NCBI GenBank assembly: GCA_903870815.1
Contig: CAIQEI010000085.1
Location: 2,043 to 66,042 of the forward strand
Reading direction: 5' to 3'
Length of the DNA stretch: 64,000 nt
Source: an uncultured Verrucomicrobia subdivision 3 bacterium
GTDB lineage: Bacteria > Verrucomicrobiota > Verrucomicrobiia > Limisphaerales > UBA11358
The notes beneath the pieces are model-generated. The model did no database searches, was not told the origin of the DNA, and saw only the letters and a program-made list of their open reading frames with translations. Both the position numbers and the translations under genes were made by a program. This document shows, piece after piece, positions 55,785 to 64,000 of the stretch; the first letter of the stretch is position 1, and every line of letters starts with the position of its first letter.

Positions 55785-56993
55785 TTATTCGTAGCGCAAA
55801 GCCTCGATCGGATCGAGCCGCGACGCTTTCCACGCCGGATAAAAACCGGAGACGATGCCGATCGCCGCGCTCGAAACGCAGGCGATACCGATCCAGGCAT
55901 ACGGCGTCAGCGTCGGCCAACCGGTGAAGTACGACGTGGTTTTCGCCGCCGCCATACCGAGCGCGATGCCCATGATCCCGCCCACCGCGCTCAACGTCAC
56001 GGCTTCGATCAAAAACTGGACCAGAATGTCCCGGCCGCGCGCGCCGACCGCCATGCGGATGCCGATTTCGCGCGTCCGCTCCGTCACACTCACGAGCATG
56101 ATGTTCATGATACCGATGCCACCGACGATGAGTGACACGCTGGCAATCGCGCCGAGCAGCACCGACATGATGCGCGTGGTCGAGGTGGCCATCTGCATCA
56201 ATTCCAGTTGCGTGCGCACCGTGAAATCCTGATCCGCGCTCTTATGCCGGTCCAGCAGCAGGGTGGTGATGTCTTCCTGCACCTGGCCGATGGTCTCCTT
56301 GCTCGCCGCCTGCACCATGATGGAATTCACAAACGTCCGCTTGGTGATGCGCCGCATGTGGCTGGTGTAGGGAATAATCACAATGTCATCCTGGTCCTGG
56401 CCGAACAGATTGAAGCCCTTTGCCTCCAGCACGCCGACGACCTTGAACGGAATGTTGCGGATGATCAGCGTCTGGCCGACCGGGTCCTGATTGATGAACA
56501 ACTGGTCCACCACCGTCTTGCCGATCACCGCGACCTTGGCGATGCTGCGCACGTCCGCATCGGTGAACATCGTGCCATCGGCGATATCCCAATCGCGGAT
56601 CTGCGGATAATCCGGCGACTCGCCCATGATCTGCGTGTTCCAGTTCAGGCCGTTTGCTAGAATCTGCATGCGGTCGCGCACTTCCGGGCTGACCGCCACG
56701 ACATTGGCGACTTCATTCTGGATGGCCGTCGTGTCTTCAACCGTCAGCGTCGGCGCGCTGCCCCAACCGCCCCGCATACCGCCGCTGGTGAAATTGCCGG
56801 AGAAAACCGTGACGACGTTTTGACCGAGGCTCGCCACCTTGTCCTCCACCTGCTTGGACGCGCCGTTGGTGATGCTGACGGAGGCGATGACCGAACCGAC
56901 GCCGATGATGACGCCGAGCATCGTCAACAGCGAACGCATCTTGTTCCGCCGCAGCGCGCGACCGGCCAGCTTGAATGGCGCAAAAAATTTCAT
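55785..56993 (-). CDS. ABC transporter permease, MacB/FtsX family
   Basis: It has LRRNKMRSLLTMLGVIIGVGSVI, a large periplasmic domain and the C-terminal FtsX motif YPAWKASRLDPIEALRYE. Confidence 0.9.
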   Translation of the reverse strand: MKFFAPFKLAGRALRRNKMRSLLTMLGVIIGVGSVIASVSITNGASKQVEDKVASLGQNVVTVFSGNFTSGGMRGGWGSAPTLTVEDTTAIQNEVANVVAVSPEVRDRMQILANGLNWNTQIMGESPDYPQIRDWDIADGTMFTDADVRSIAKVAVIGKTVVDQLFINQDPVGQTLIIRNIPFKVVGVLEAKGFNLFGQDQDDIVIIPYTSHMRRITKRTFVNSIMVQAASKETIGQVQEDITTLLLDRHKSADQDFTVRTQLELMQMATSTTRIMSVLLGAIASVSLIVGGIGIMNIMLVSVTERTREIGIRMAVGARGRDILVQFLIEAVTLSAVGGIMGIALGMAAAKTTSYFTGWPTLTPYAWIGIACVSSAAIGIVSGFYPAWKASRLDPIEALRYE

Positions 56994-57748
56994 GCGAGGC
57001 TCACCGCTGCCTGCGCCTGGCGCAATTTTTTCAGTTCAATTTCCGCATTCAGCCGGCCGGCCACCGGTTCGTCCGTCAAAATTTTTCCGTCGCGCAGGAT
57101 CACCGTCCGCTTAGTGTAACGCGCGATGTCGAGTTCGTGGGTGACCATGACGATGGTGATGCCGGCGTCGTTCAGCTTCTGGAACACGCCCATAATTTCG
57201 ATGCTGGTCTGGCTGTCGAGGTTGCCGGTCGGCTCGTCCGCGAGCAGCAGGGACGGCCGGTTGACGAGCGCGCGCGCGATGGCAACGCGCTGCTGCTGGC
57301 CGCCGGAAAGCTGGTTCGGCTTGTGGTCGGCGCGGTCGCCGAGGCCGACGAGCTCCAGCGATTTCAACGCCCGCTCGTTCTGCTCGCGCGAGGGCACGCG
57401 GCGACGGTTGTACAGCATCGGCATTTCGACATTTTCCAGTGCCGTCGTGCGCGATAGCAGGTTGAAGCCCTGGAAAACAAACCCGATTTTGTCGTTGCGG
57501 ATTTCCGCGCGCTGCTCGCGGTCCAGCGTGGAAACGTCGATACCGTCGAGGAAATAACTGCCTTCCGTGGGCCGGTCGAGACAGCCGATCATATTCATCA
57601 GCGTGCTTTTGCCGGAACCGCTCGACCCCATGATGGCCACGAATTCACCCGGTTCGATGTCCAGCGAAACACCGCGCACGGCGTGGACGTCCACTTCACC
57701 GGTGTGATACACCTTGTGGATTTCCGTGAGCTTGATGACGGCGTTCAT
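56990..57748 (-). CDS. ABC transporter ATP-binding protein (MacB/LolD type)
   Basis: It has GSSGSGKST, LSGGQQQRVAIARAL and LLLADEPTGNLD. The start is placed at MNAVIKL (57748). Confidence 0.9.
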   Translation of the reverse strand: MNAVIKLTEIHKVYHTGEVDVHAVRGVSLDIEPGEFVAIMGSSGSGKSTLMNMIGCLDRPTEGSYFLDGIDVSTLDREQRAEIRNDKIGFVFQGFNLLSRTTALENVEMPMLYNRRRVPSREQNERALKSLELVGLGDRADHKPNQLSGGQQQRVAIARALVNRPSLLLADEPTGNLDSQTSIEIMGVFQKLNDAGITIVMVTHELDIARYTKRTVILRDGKILTDEPVAGRLNAEIELKKLRQAQAAVSLA

Positions 57749-57781
57749 CGGGGGAAGAAGACAGCTTTCAGAATACAGAGG

Positions 57782-57806
57782 CCCGTCAGGCAGCACCCCG
57801 GACGGG
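57782..57806. repeat. GC-rich hairpin CCCGTC-N13-GACGGG in the adaptor/ATPase intercistronic gap
   Basis: Read directly. It has the same style as the hairpins at 46116 and 46217. Confidence 0.6.
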
Positions 57807-57908
57807 TTTGGAGCTGGCGAAGAAAATCGCAACCCGGTTTGGGCCAGGCGCCGTTTTGGCGGATCACCCGCCGCGCGAGGTCTGTTTCTACATGCTTCAT
57901 GTTTCCTT

Positions 57909-59153
57909 CTACCTTCTTGGAAAACCGCCGCCGCCGAAGGGGCTGGAAGTGGATGTGGACGTGGAACCCGGGGTGCCGGGCTGGGCTACGCCGGTGACGA
58001 CCACGTCGCCCTCCTTCAAGCCATCAACGACCTCGGTGAACAATCCGTCCGTGATGCCGGTCTTGATTTGAAGCGGCTTCAATTGAGGCGCGTGCGCATC
58101 GCCAGCGAGTCCATAAACCGTGCGGATGCCGCGGCCGCCCTTGCCTTTGCGCGAACCCTTGCCCATGGCGACCCCATTCGTCGGCAGGGTGCCGCTGGCG
58201 GCGTTAGTCAGCACCACCGCATTATCCGGCAGCCGGACCCGCAGCGCCGCATTCGGGATTTTCAGCGCGTCGTCCCGCTGCGCGACGATGATGGAGACGT
58301 TCGCCGTCATGCCCGGCTTCAATTTATAGTCCGCGTTGGTCACGCTAATGACCGTGTCGTAGGTGACCACATTGTTGACCGTGATGGGCGAATTGCGCAC
58401 CTGCGCCACACTGCCGTGGAAGGTACGGTTCGGATACGCATCCACCAGGAAATCCACGCTCTGACCCTCGATCACCAAGCCGATATCCGCCTCGGCCACG
58501 TTTGCATCGATCTGCATCTTCGTCAGGTCGTTCGCGATCTGGAATATCGTCGGGGTGCTGAAGCTGGAGGCGACCGTCTGGCCCAGTTCCACCGCGCGCG
58601 AAATCACCACGCCGTCCACCGGCGAAAGAATTTTGCAGTAATTGAGGTTCACCCGGGAGTTGCTCAACGACGCCTGCTTGATTTTCACAGTCGCCGCGGC
58701 CGAATCCAGTGAGGCGCGGGCGATGTCAAAATCCGAGCCGGAAATCAGCTTGTTCGTGTAAAGCTCGCAGCTGCGGTCATATTGCGCCTGCTGCAGCTCC
58801 AGATTCGCCTTGGCGTTGGCCAGGTCGGCGCTGGCTTGCTCCACGGCGGCCTGATAAGTGGCCGGATCAATCTCCGCGATGACCTGGTTCGACACCACTA
58901 CCGAATTGTAATCCACGTTCAGTTTGCTGATGCGGCCGGAAACCTGGCTGCCCACCGTCACGTTCACCACCGGGTTCAATGTGCCGGTCGCTGTGACCGT
59001 CGCCGTCAACTCCCCGCGCCCGGCCGTCACGGTATTGTAGCTCAACCCCTCGCCCTGGCCGTGACGGAAATAAAAATAACCGCCCGCCACCGCCGCGATG
59101 ACCGCGACAATTACGAGCCACTTCCACCACCGGCCGTTGGATTTTTCCGCCAT
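57909..59153 (-). CDS. efflux transporter periplasmic adaptor (MacA/HlyD family)
   Basis: It has an N-terminal TM, a coiled-coil hairpin (QAAVEQASADLANAKANLELQQAQYDR) and beta-barrel domains. An alternative start lies at 59195. Confidence 0.85.
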   Translation of the reverse strand: MAEKSNGRWWKWLVIVAVIAAVAGGYFYFRHGQGEGLSYNTVTAGRGELTATVTATGTLNPVVNVTVGSQVSGRISKLNVDYNSVVVSNQVIAEIDPATYQAAVEQASADLANAKANLELQQAQYDRSCELYTNKLISGSDFDIARASLDSAAATVKIKQASLSNSRVNLNYCKILSPVDGVVISRAVELGQTVASSFSTPTIFQIANDLTKMQIDANVAEADIGLVIEGQSVDFLVDAYPNRTFHGSVAQVRNSPITVNNVVTYDTVISVTNADYKLKPGMTANVSIIVAQRDDALKIPNAALRVRLPDNAVVLTNAASGTLPTNGVAMGKGSRKGKGGRGIRTVYGLAGDAHAPQLKPLQIKTGITDGLFTEVVDGLKEGDVVVTGVAQPGTPGSTSTSTSSPFGGGGFPRR

Positions 59154-59271
59154 AAAAAAATTGGTTTGGTCCACCTGAGCAGACCGTTTTCGCAAACCTT
59201 AAGTTACGATAAATTCCGCGCCCGGTGCAATTTCCGTTTGTGCCTTTCGCCGCAGCCCGTAAAATCCGCGC

Positions 59272-60327
59272 GTGCTGGAAACCCTCACTGCCCAACTCGC
59301 CGCCGCGCAACCGCTCGCGCCGGAACAGGTGCGCCAGGCTGTCAATTGCCTGATGGATGAATCCGGACCGGCCCCGGCCAAGGCGGATTTCCTGGTCGCG
59401 CTGGCCCGTAAAGGCGAGACGCCGGCGGAGATCGCCGCATTTGCCGCCGCGCTGCGGGAACGATCCGTTCCCGCCCCCATCGACCCGGGGTGGCGCGAAT
59501 CGCGCGAAATCCTCGACATCGTGGGCACCGGCGGCGACCGCCACGGCACGTTCAACATCTCGACGACCAGCGCCATCGTCTGCGCCGCCGCCGGCGTGGC
59601 GGTGGCCAAGCACGGCAACCGCGCAGTCACCTCGCAAGCCGGCAGCGCCGATGTGCTAGAAGCGCTGGGCATCCGGATTGACCTGACGCCGGACGAGGCC
59701 GTGCGCTCGTTACGCGAACGAAATTTCGCTTTTTTCTTCGCACCAAATTTTCATCCGGCATTCCGACACATTGCCGCCGCTCGGAAACTCTGCGCGGAAC
59801 GCGGCCAGCGGACGATTTTTAACATCCTCGGCCCGCTGCTGAACCCGGCGCGGCCGTCGGCGATGCTAGTGGGCGTGCCGCGCGCGGAATTGTGCGAGCC
59901 GCTGGCATTGGTGTTACAGTCTCTTGGCGTCCGCCGCGCGATGGTCGTGACCGGCAAAGTCCAAAGGCCAGAGTCCGAAGTCCACAGTCAGATGGATGAG
60001 CTATCCACGCTGGGTGAAAACCACGTGGCCGAGTTTTTTCACGAGCGCGGGTTCACCGCCTCGGTGATGATGCCGGACAAATTTCCGCTGCAACCGGCCC
60101 GGCTGGAGGACTTGCTGGGCGGCGACAAGTTTCAAAACGCCGAAATCACCCGCCGGATATTGTCCGGCGACGAGCGCGGCCCCAAGCGCGACGCGGTGCT
60201 GCTCAACGCCGGGGCGGCGCTGTTCGTGGCGGGTGCGACGAAATCGCTCGCAGCCGGCTGGGAGTTGGCGGGCGAGGTGATTGATTCCGGCGGGGCCACC
60301 GCGAAACTAGCGGAGTTGGCGGCCTGA
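59272..60327 (+). CDS. trpD: anthranilate phosphoribosyltransferase
   Basis: It has DIVGTGGDRHGTFNISTTSA and KHGNRAVTSQAGSADVLEALG. The start is GTG. Confidence 0.95.
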   Translation: MLETLTAQLAAAQPLAPEQVRQAVNCLMDESGPAPAKADFLVALARKGETPAEIAAFAAALRERSVPAPIDPGWRESREILDIVGTGGDRHGTFNISTTSAIVCAAAGVAVAKHGNRAVTSQAGSADVLEALGIRIDLTPDEAVRSLRERNFAFFFAPNFHPAFRHIAAARKLCAERGQRTIFNILGPLLNPARPSAMLVGVPRAELCEPLALVLQSLGVRRAMVVTGKVQRPESEVHSQMDELSTLGENHVAEFFHERGFTASVMMPDKFPLQPARLEDLLGGDKFQNAEITRRILSGDERGPKRDAVLLNAGAALFVAGATKSLAAGWELAGEVIDSGGATAKLAELAA

Positions 60328-60999
60328 TCAATCCGAAAGGTGGCCGGCTTCCACCGCCGCGTAGTGCAGGCCGAGATTGTGCTGGGCGGTCTTGTTGCCC
60401 TGGCGCGCCGCCCGGATGAACCACCGGACCGCCTCCTTCGTGCTTTGCCGGACGCCGCGGCCGGTCTGGTAGCACAGGCCCAAATTGCATTGCGCATCGG
60501 CCAGTTCCTGTTCCGCGGCGAGGAGATACCATTTGGCCGCCTCGGTAAAATCCTTCTCCACGACCTGGCCGGTTTCATAAAAGACGCCGAGATTGAACTG
60601 CGCCGCCGGATAACCGCGTTCCGCCGATTCGCGGTACCATTTCACGGCCTCGGCGAGGTTTTGCGGGACGCCCTGGCCGGTTTCGTAAAGCATGCCGAGA
60701 TTGAACTGCGCCGCCGGGTCGCCCTGCTCCGCCGCCTCGCGCAGCCACTTGGCGGCCTCGCTGAATTCCTGCGGGACCCCCTGGCCCATCCAGTAGCAGA
60801 CGCCGAGATAACACTGCGCTACCGGATCGTTTTGCTCCGCCGAGCGCCGGAACCATTTCACCGCCTCCTGATGATTCTGCTCCACGCCCTGGCCGTTCTG
60901 GTAGCAGACGCCGAGGTAGCACTGGGCCTGCGCATCGCCCGCCTGCGCGGCCGTGCGCATGGCTTCAAACGTATCCCAGGATTTGCGGGTGCTGGACAT
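60328..60999 (-). CDS. Sel1-repeat (TPR-like) protein
   Basis: It has six or more 36-aa Sel1 units (AQCYLGVCYQNGQGVEQNHQEAVKWFRRSAEQ...). An alternative start lies at 61062. Confidence 0.85.
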   Translation of the reverse strand: MSSTRKSWDTFEAMRTAAQAGDAQAQCYLGVCYQNGQGVEQNHQEAVKWFRRSAEQNDPVAQCYLGVCYWMGQGVPQEFSEAAKWLREAAEQGDPAAQFNLGMLYETGQGVPQNLAEAVKWYRESAERGYPAAQFNLGVFYETGQVVEKDFTEAAKWYLLAAEQELADAQCNLGLCYQTGRGVRQSTKEAVRWFIRAARQGNKTAQHNLGLHYAAVEAGHLSD

Positions 61000-61165
61000 T
61001 TTACCAGCCAAGGAGAGTAACTTCGGTCCCGGCGAAAACAAGCCGTGAATTCTTCGGTTCATGATGAATCCTAATTTTAATCGGTTCGCCCGGAAAAATA
61101 TGATGAGGGGCGGGAAGAACCGGTTTTCGCTTCCGCGGCGGCAAATTGCCTGCTACAAACTGCGC

Positions 61166-61981
61166 ATGGCAACGCAATTGAAAATTGGTTTTCTGGGCGC
61201 GGGCAAAATGGCCGCCGCCCTCGCCCGCGGCTTTGTGAATGCGAAAATCGTGGCGGCTAAACAACTCATCGCCGCCGATCCGTTTGACGCCGCCCGCAAA
61301 CAGTTCGCCGCCGCCACCGGCGCGAAAACGATCGCCACCAACCTGGAGGCCGCCCGCGCCGCAAATGTGTTGATTCTCGCCACCAAGCCGGACCAGGTGC
61401 CGGCGGCGCTCGCGGAAATCTCCGGCGCGTTCACAAAAAATCATCTACTCATCTCCATCGCCGCCGGCGTGACCCTGGCAAAACTCGAAGCGGCCCTGCC
61501 CGCCGGCGCCCGCGTCATCCGCGTGATGCCCAACACGCCGGCGCTCGTCGGTGCCGGCGCCTCCGGCTTTTCGCTGGGTAAAAAGGCAACTCCGGCGGAC
61601 GGCAAACTGGCGGAGAAATTATTGTCCGCCATCGGCGAGGCGCTGCCGGTCAAGGAAAGTCTGCTGGATGCCGTTACAGGCTTAAGCGGAAGCGGGCCGG
61701 CTTACGTTTACCAGTTCATTGAGGCGCTGAGTGATGGCGGCGTGGCGGCGGGGCTGCCGCGCGAGGTGGCGACCAAACTCGCCGCGCAGACCGTCTTGGG
61801 CGGCGCGAAGATGGTTTTGGAAACCGGCCAGCACCCGGGCGCTTTGAAAGACCAGGTGACGAGCCCCGGTGGCACGACGATTGAGGGTTTGCATGAATTG
61901 GAAAAAGGGAAGCTGCGCGCCACCGTGATGAGCGCCGTCCGCGCCGCGACGGAGAAATCCCGGAAGTTGGGTCAGGGCTGA
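61166..61981 (+). CDS. proC: pyrroline-5-carboxylate reductase
   Basis: It has IGFLGAGKMAAALARG, RVMPNTPALVG and VTSPGGTTIEGL. The start is placed at ATG 61166. Confidence 0.95.
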   Translation: MATQLKIGFLGAGKMAAALARGFVNAKIVAAKQLIAADPFDAARKQFAAATGAKTIATNLEAARAANVLILATKPDQVPAALAEISGAFTKNHLLISIAAGVTLAKLEAALPAGARVIRVMPNTPALVGAGASGFSLGKKATPADGKLAEKLLSAIGEALPVKESLLDAVTGLSGSGPAYVYQFIEALSDGGVAAGLPREVATKLAAQTVLGGAKMVLETGQHPGALKDQVTSPGGTTIEGLHELEKGKLRATVMSAVRAATEKSRKLGQG

Positions 61982-62097
61982 GGGTCGGTGCTGGGGGGCG
62001 GCGGGAACAGCTGCGGTGCCGACGCCGAAAAGTTTTCGACACGAGAATTTCCGAAGCCCAAAGCCCACCGACGTCGCAAATCGCACCTTGAAAAATC

Positions 62098-62125
62098 TTG
62101 CCAGCGGGCACCGGACGGTTATTCT
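62098..62125 (+). promoter_or_regulatory. possible sigma-70-type promoter for tRNA-Arg
   Basis: TTGCCA, then 16 nt, then TATTCT, ending 16 nt before the mature tRNA 5' end. This rests on the pattern match only. Confidence 0.3.
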
Positions 62126-62141
62126 ATGAACCCTTTTGGCT

Positions 62142-62218
62142 GCACCCATAGCTCAATTGGATAGAGCGGCTGACTACGGATCAGCAGGTTTCAGGTTCAA
62201 CTCCTGATGGGTGCACCA
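62142..62218 (+). tRNA. tRNA-Arg (anticodon ACG), CCA encoded
   Basis: I folded the cloverleaf by hand. It has a perfect 7-bp acceptor stem (GCACCCA/TGGGTGC), D stem GCTC/GAGC, anticodon stem GCTGA/TCAGC with loop CTACGGA, T stem TCAGG/CCTGA with loop TTCAACT, and discriminator A followed by CCA. Confidence 0.9.
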
Positions 62219-62275
62219 CTTCAAATATCATTTTTTTGAGTTCCGTTATTGATTGGGCAACGATGTGTGGCGGGA

Positions 62276-62785
62276 TTATTGATTTAAGCTAATTCTAAGA
62301 TTGCGACCACGTTTGCGTGATTCCGCGGCTAATTTCCTTTTGAAGGCAATCACTTCTGCTTGCAAGCGTTGGTCGCTGGCACCGAGGATGGAAACGGCCA
62401 ACAAACCTGCGTTCTTCCCACCGCCGATGGCGACGGTTGCCACCGGAATTCCACCCGGCATTTGCACGATGGACAGCAGCGAATCCAAACCTTTCAAACT
62501 TTTGCTTTCCACCGGAACGCCTACGACCGGAAGCGGTGTGTGACTTGCAACCATTCCCGGCAGATGCGCCGCACCGCCCGCCCCGGCGATGATGACCCGA
62601 AGTCCGCGTTTGTGTGCTGACTTCGCATAGCGCGCCATGTCGTCGGGCGTGCGATGTGCGGAAACCACGCGGACTTCACACGGGATTTGAAACTCCTGGC
62701 AGACTTTGTAAGCGGCTTCCATGGTCGGCCAGTCCGTATCGCTCCCCATGATAATGCCGACCGCCGGTGAATTCTTCGCTTTCAT
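62276..62785 (-). CDS. purE: 5-(carboxyamino)imidazole ribonucleotide mutase
   Basis: It has [23 protein letters not shown] and [13 protein letters not shown]. The start is placed at MKAKNSP (62785), abutting the purK stop. Confidence 0.95.
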   Translation of the reverse strand: MKAKNSPAVGIIMGSDTDWPTMEAAYKVCQEFQIPCEVRVVSAHRTPDDMARYAKSAHKRGLRVIIAGAGGAAHLPGMVASHTPLPVVGVPVESKSLKGLDSLLSIVQMPGGIPVATVAIGGGKNAGLLAVSILGASDQRLQAEVIAFKRKLAAESRKRGRNLRISLNQ

Positions 62786-63978
62786 AATTGGGCTCCAAAG
62801 CATATTTCCTTCGCCGCCCGTTCGGCGATGACTTGCGCTTTTTCAACTGAATTTTCCAGCACGGTAATGTGTCCCATCTTCCGTCCCGGACCGCTCGTCA
62901 TTTTGCCGTAAACATGGAACCGGACACCAGTCAGCTGCAGCGCGTTCTCCAATCCGCGGGGCCGGCCTGAAGTTTTCTCGCGGCCGAGCAGATTTACCAT
63001 CACCGCCGCCGGCGCGACCATGAGTGGATTTCCCAACGGCCAGCCCAGCACGGCGCGAACGTGATTCTCAAATTGCGAGCAATCGCACGCCTCGATGGTA
63101 TAATGACCGGAATTATGCACCCGCGGTGCCAGTTCGTTGATGGCAATTTCATCCGTCGAGGATAAAAACATTTCGACGCCGAAACTCCCCACTCCGCCAA
63201 CGGACTCAACGGCATTACGTGCCAGCGCAGTCGCGCGCCGGACTACATCCTCGGACACCTGCGCGGGCGCTTTGACAACGTGGCAGACGTGTTGGCGCTG
63301 GACCGTCTCCACAACCGGATACACCGCCATGGTCCCGTCGCGTCCGCGCGTGACAATGACGGCCAGTTCTTTCACGAATGGGAAAAAGGCTTCGGCCATC
63401 AAGTCATTCTGGTCACCGCCCAAAGCCTGCCAGCCGGCCGCGATGTCCGATTCCGATTTTAAAGTGAAATTGCCTTTGCCGTCGTAACCATTGCGGCGGG
63501 TTTTCAAAAGTAGCGGCCAGCCAAAGTGGCTGGCCGCCGAAATAATTTCGGCCGGCGAAACCACTGCCCGGAACTTCGGCACGGCGAGTCCCGCGTTTTG
63601 CAAGGCCTGCTTTTGTTTGAGCTTGTCCTGCGTCAGCGCAAGGCACGCAGCACTGGGAAACACCTTGTGCCCGGCCTGTTCCAAATTCTCGAGCGCTGCC
63701 GCGTCCACGAACTCGTTCTCCAAGGTGACCACATCGCAGCGTTCGGCGAATTTGTTTAGCGTCCCGGGATCACTCCAATCGCCAACCACGGAATCCGGCG
63801 AGAGGCGAGCAGCCGGGCTGTGCGGATTCTTTTCCAACACCACGACATCAACCCCCAATGGCAATGCTGCGATCGCCGTCATCCGCGCCAACTGACCCCC
63901 GCCGATGATGCCGAGCCGCACAGGATACTTTTCCGACGCGCGCTGGCGCTGGAATTCTGAATCGTAAGTCTCGTGCAT
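62782..63978 (-). CDS. purK: N5-carboxyaminoimidazole ribonucleotide synthase
   Basis: It has [12 protein letters not shown] and ATP-grasp motifs ([29 protein letters not shown]). Confidence 0.9.
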   Translation of the reverse strand: MHETYDSEFQRQRASEKYPVRLGIIGGGQLARMTAIAALPLGVDVVVLEKNPHSPAARLSPDSVVGDWSDPGTLNKFAERCDVVTLENEFVDAAALENLEQAGHKVFPSAACLALTQDKLKQKQALQNAGLAVPKFRAVVSPAEIISAASHFGWPLLLKTRRNGYDGKGNFTLKSESDIAAGWQALGGDQNDLMAEAFFPFVKELAVIVTRGRDGTMAVYPVVETVQRQHVCHVVKAPAQVSEDVVRRATALARNAVESVGGVGSFGVEMFLSSTDEIAINELAPRVHNSGHYTIEACDCSQFENHVRAVLGWPLGNPLMVAPAAVMVNLLGREKTSGRPRGLENALQLTGVRFHVYGKMTSGPGRKMGHITVLENSVEKAQVIAERAAKEICFGAQL

Positions 63979-64000
63979 AATTAACCGGTGCTTTTCATGC

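Noticed and set aside
60328-60999. Periodic 108-bp DNA repetition considered as a possible mobile or satellite repeat.
   Set aside because: It is explained by the 36-aa Sel1 repeat units of a single intact ORF.

Overview
The window is a high-GC chromosomal segment of about 60 genes, mostly housekeeping. All functional calls come from motifs I recognise in the ORF translations; no homology search was run. The gene content, the lack of Shine-Dalgarno sequences at the starts I inspected, and the short intergenic repeat families suggest a Verrucomicrobiota/PVC-type Gram-negative genome, but that is only an inference. Recognisable blocks in order: EVE-domain gene and yggS; folK-dapB-dapA; a TAT-exported Gfo/Idh/MocA oxidoreductase with an AraC regulator; a complete 8-gene MoxR/DUF58/BatA-E operon (7202-15588, minus strand); a nitrogen module of glnB(PII)-amtB and a type II glutamine synthetase, each behind a sigma-54-type promoter; hemC-hemA with a ccsA-like gene; lytic transglycosylase, comB-like, ogg, PAP2, GT2, apt, an rpoD-family sigma factor and yugP; yacG and prc; ilvD; an arabinose cluster (araA-araB-[insert]-araD-galM-sugar porter); MscS, thiS and moeB/thiF; an NtrB/NtrC-type two-component pair with an ArnT-like membrane protein; sua5; macAB with its adaptor; trpD, a Sel1 protein, proC, tRNA-Arg(ACG) and purEK. 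There are no rRNA genes, CRISPR arrays or intact transposases. The most interesting signals are these. (1) A 131-146 aa protein has a complete kinase catalytic core but no C-lobe. It is translationally coupled to a PP2C phosphatase and sits between glnB-amtB and glnII, and the PII here has the cyanobacterial-type RGSEY (Ser49) T-loop, so this pair is a candidate PII phospho-switch. (2) A family of tandem heptanucleotide arrays lies directly 5' of start codons and between cistrons, sometimes as inverted pairs. (3) An AT-rich secreted-protein gene bounded by ~29-bp inverted repeats is inserted between araB and araD. (4) Two small AT-rich islets are present: one with CTTTACC iterons, and one with an integrase remnant plus a nucleotidyltransferase two-gene module.
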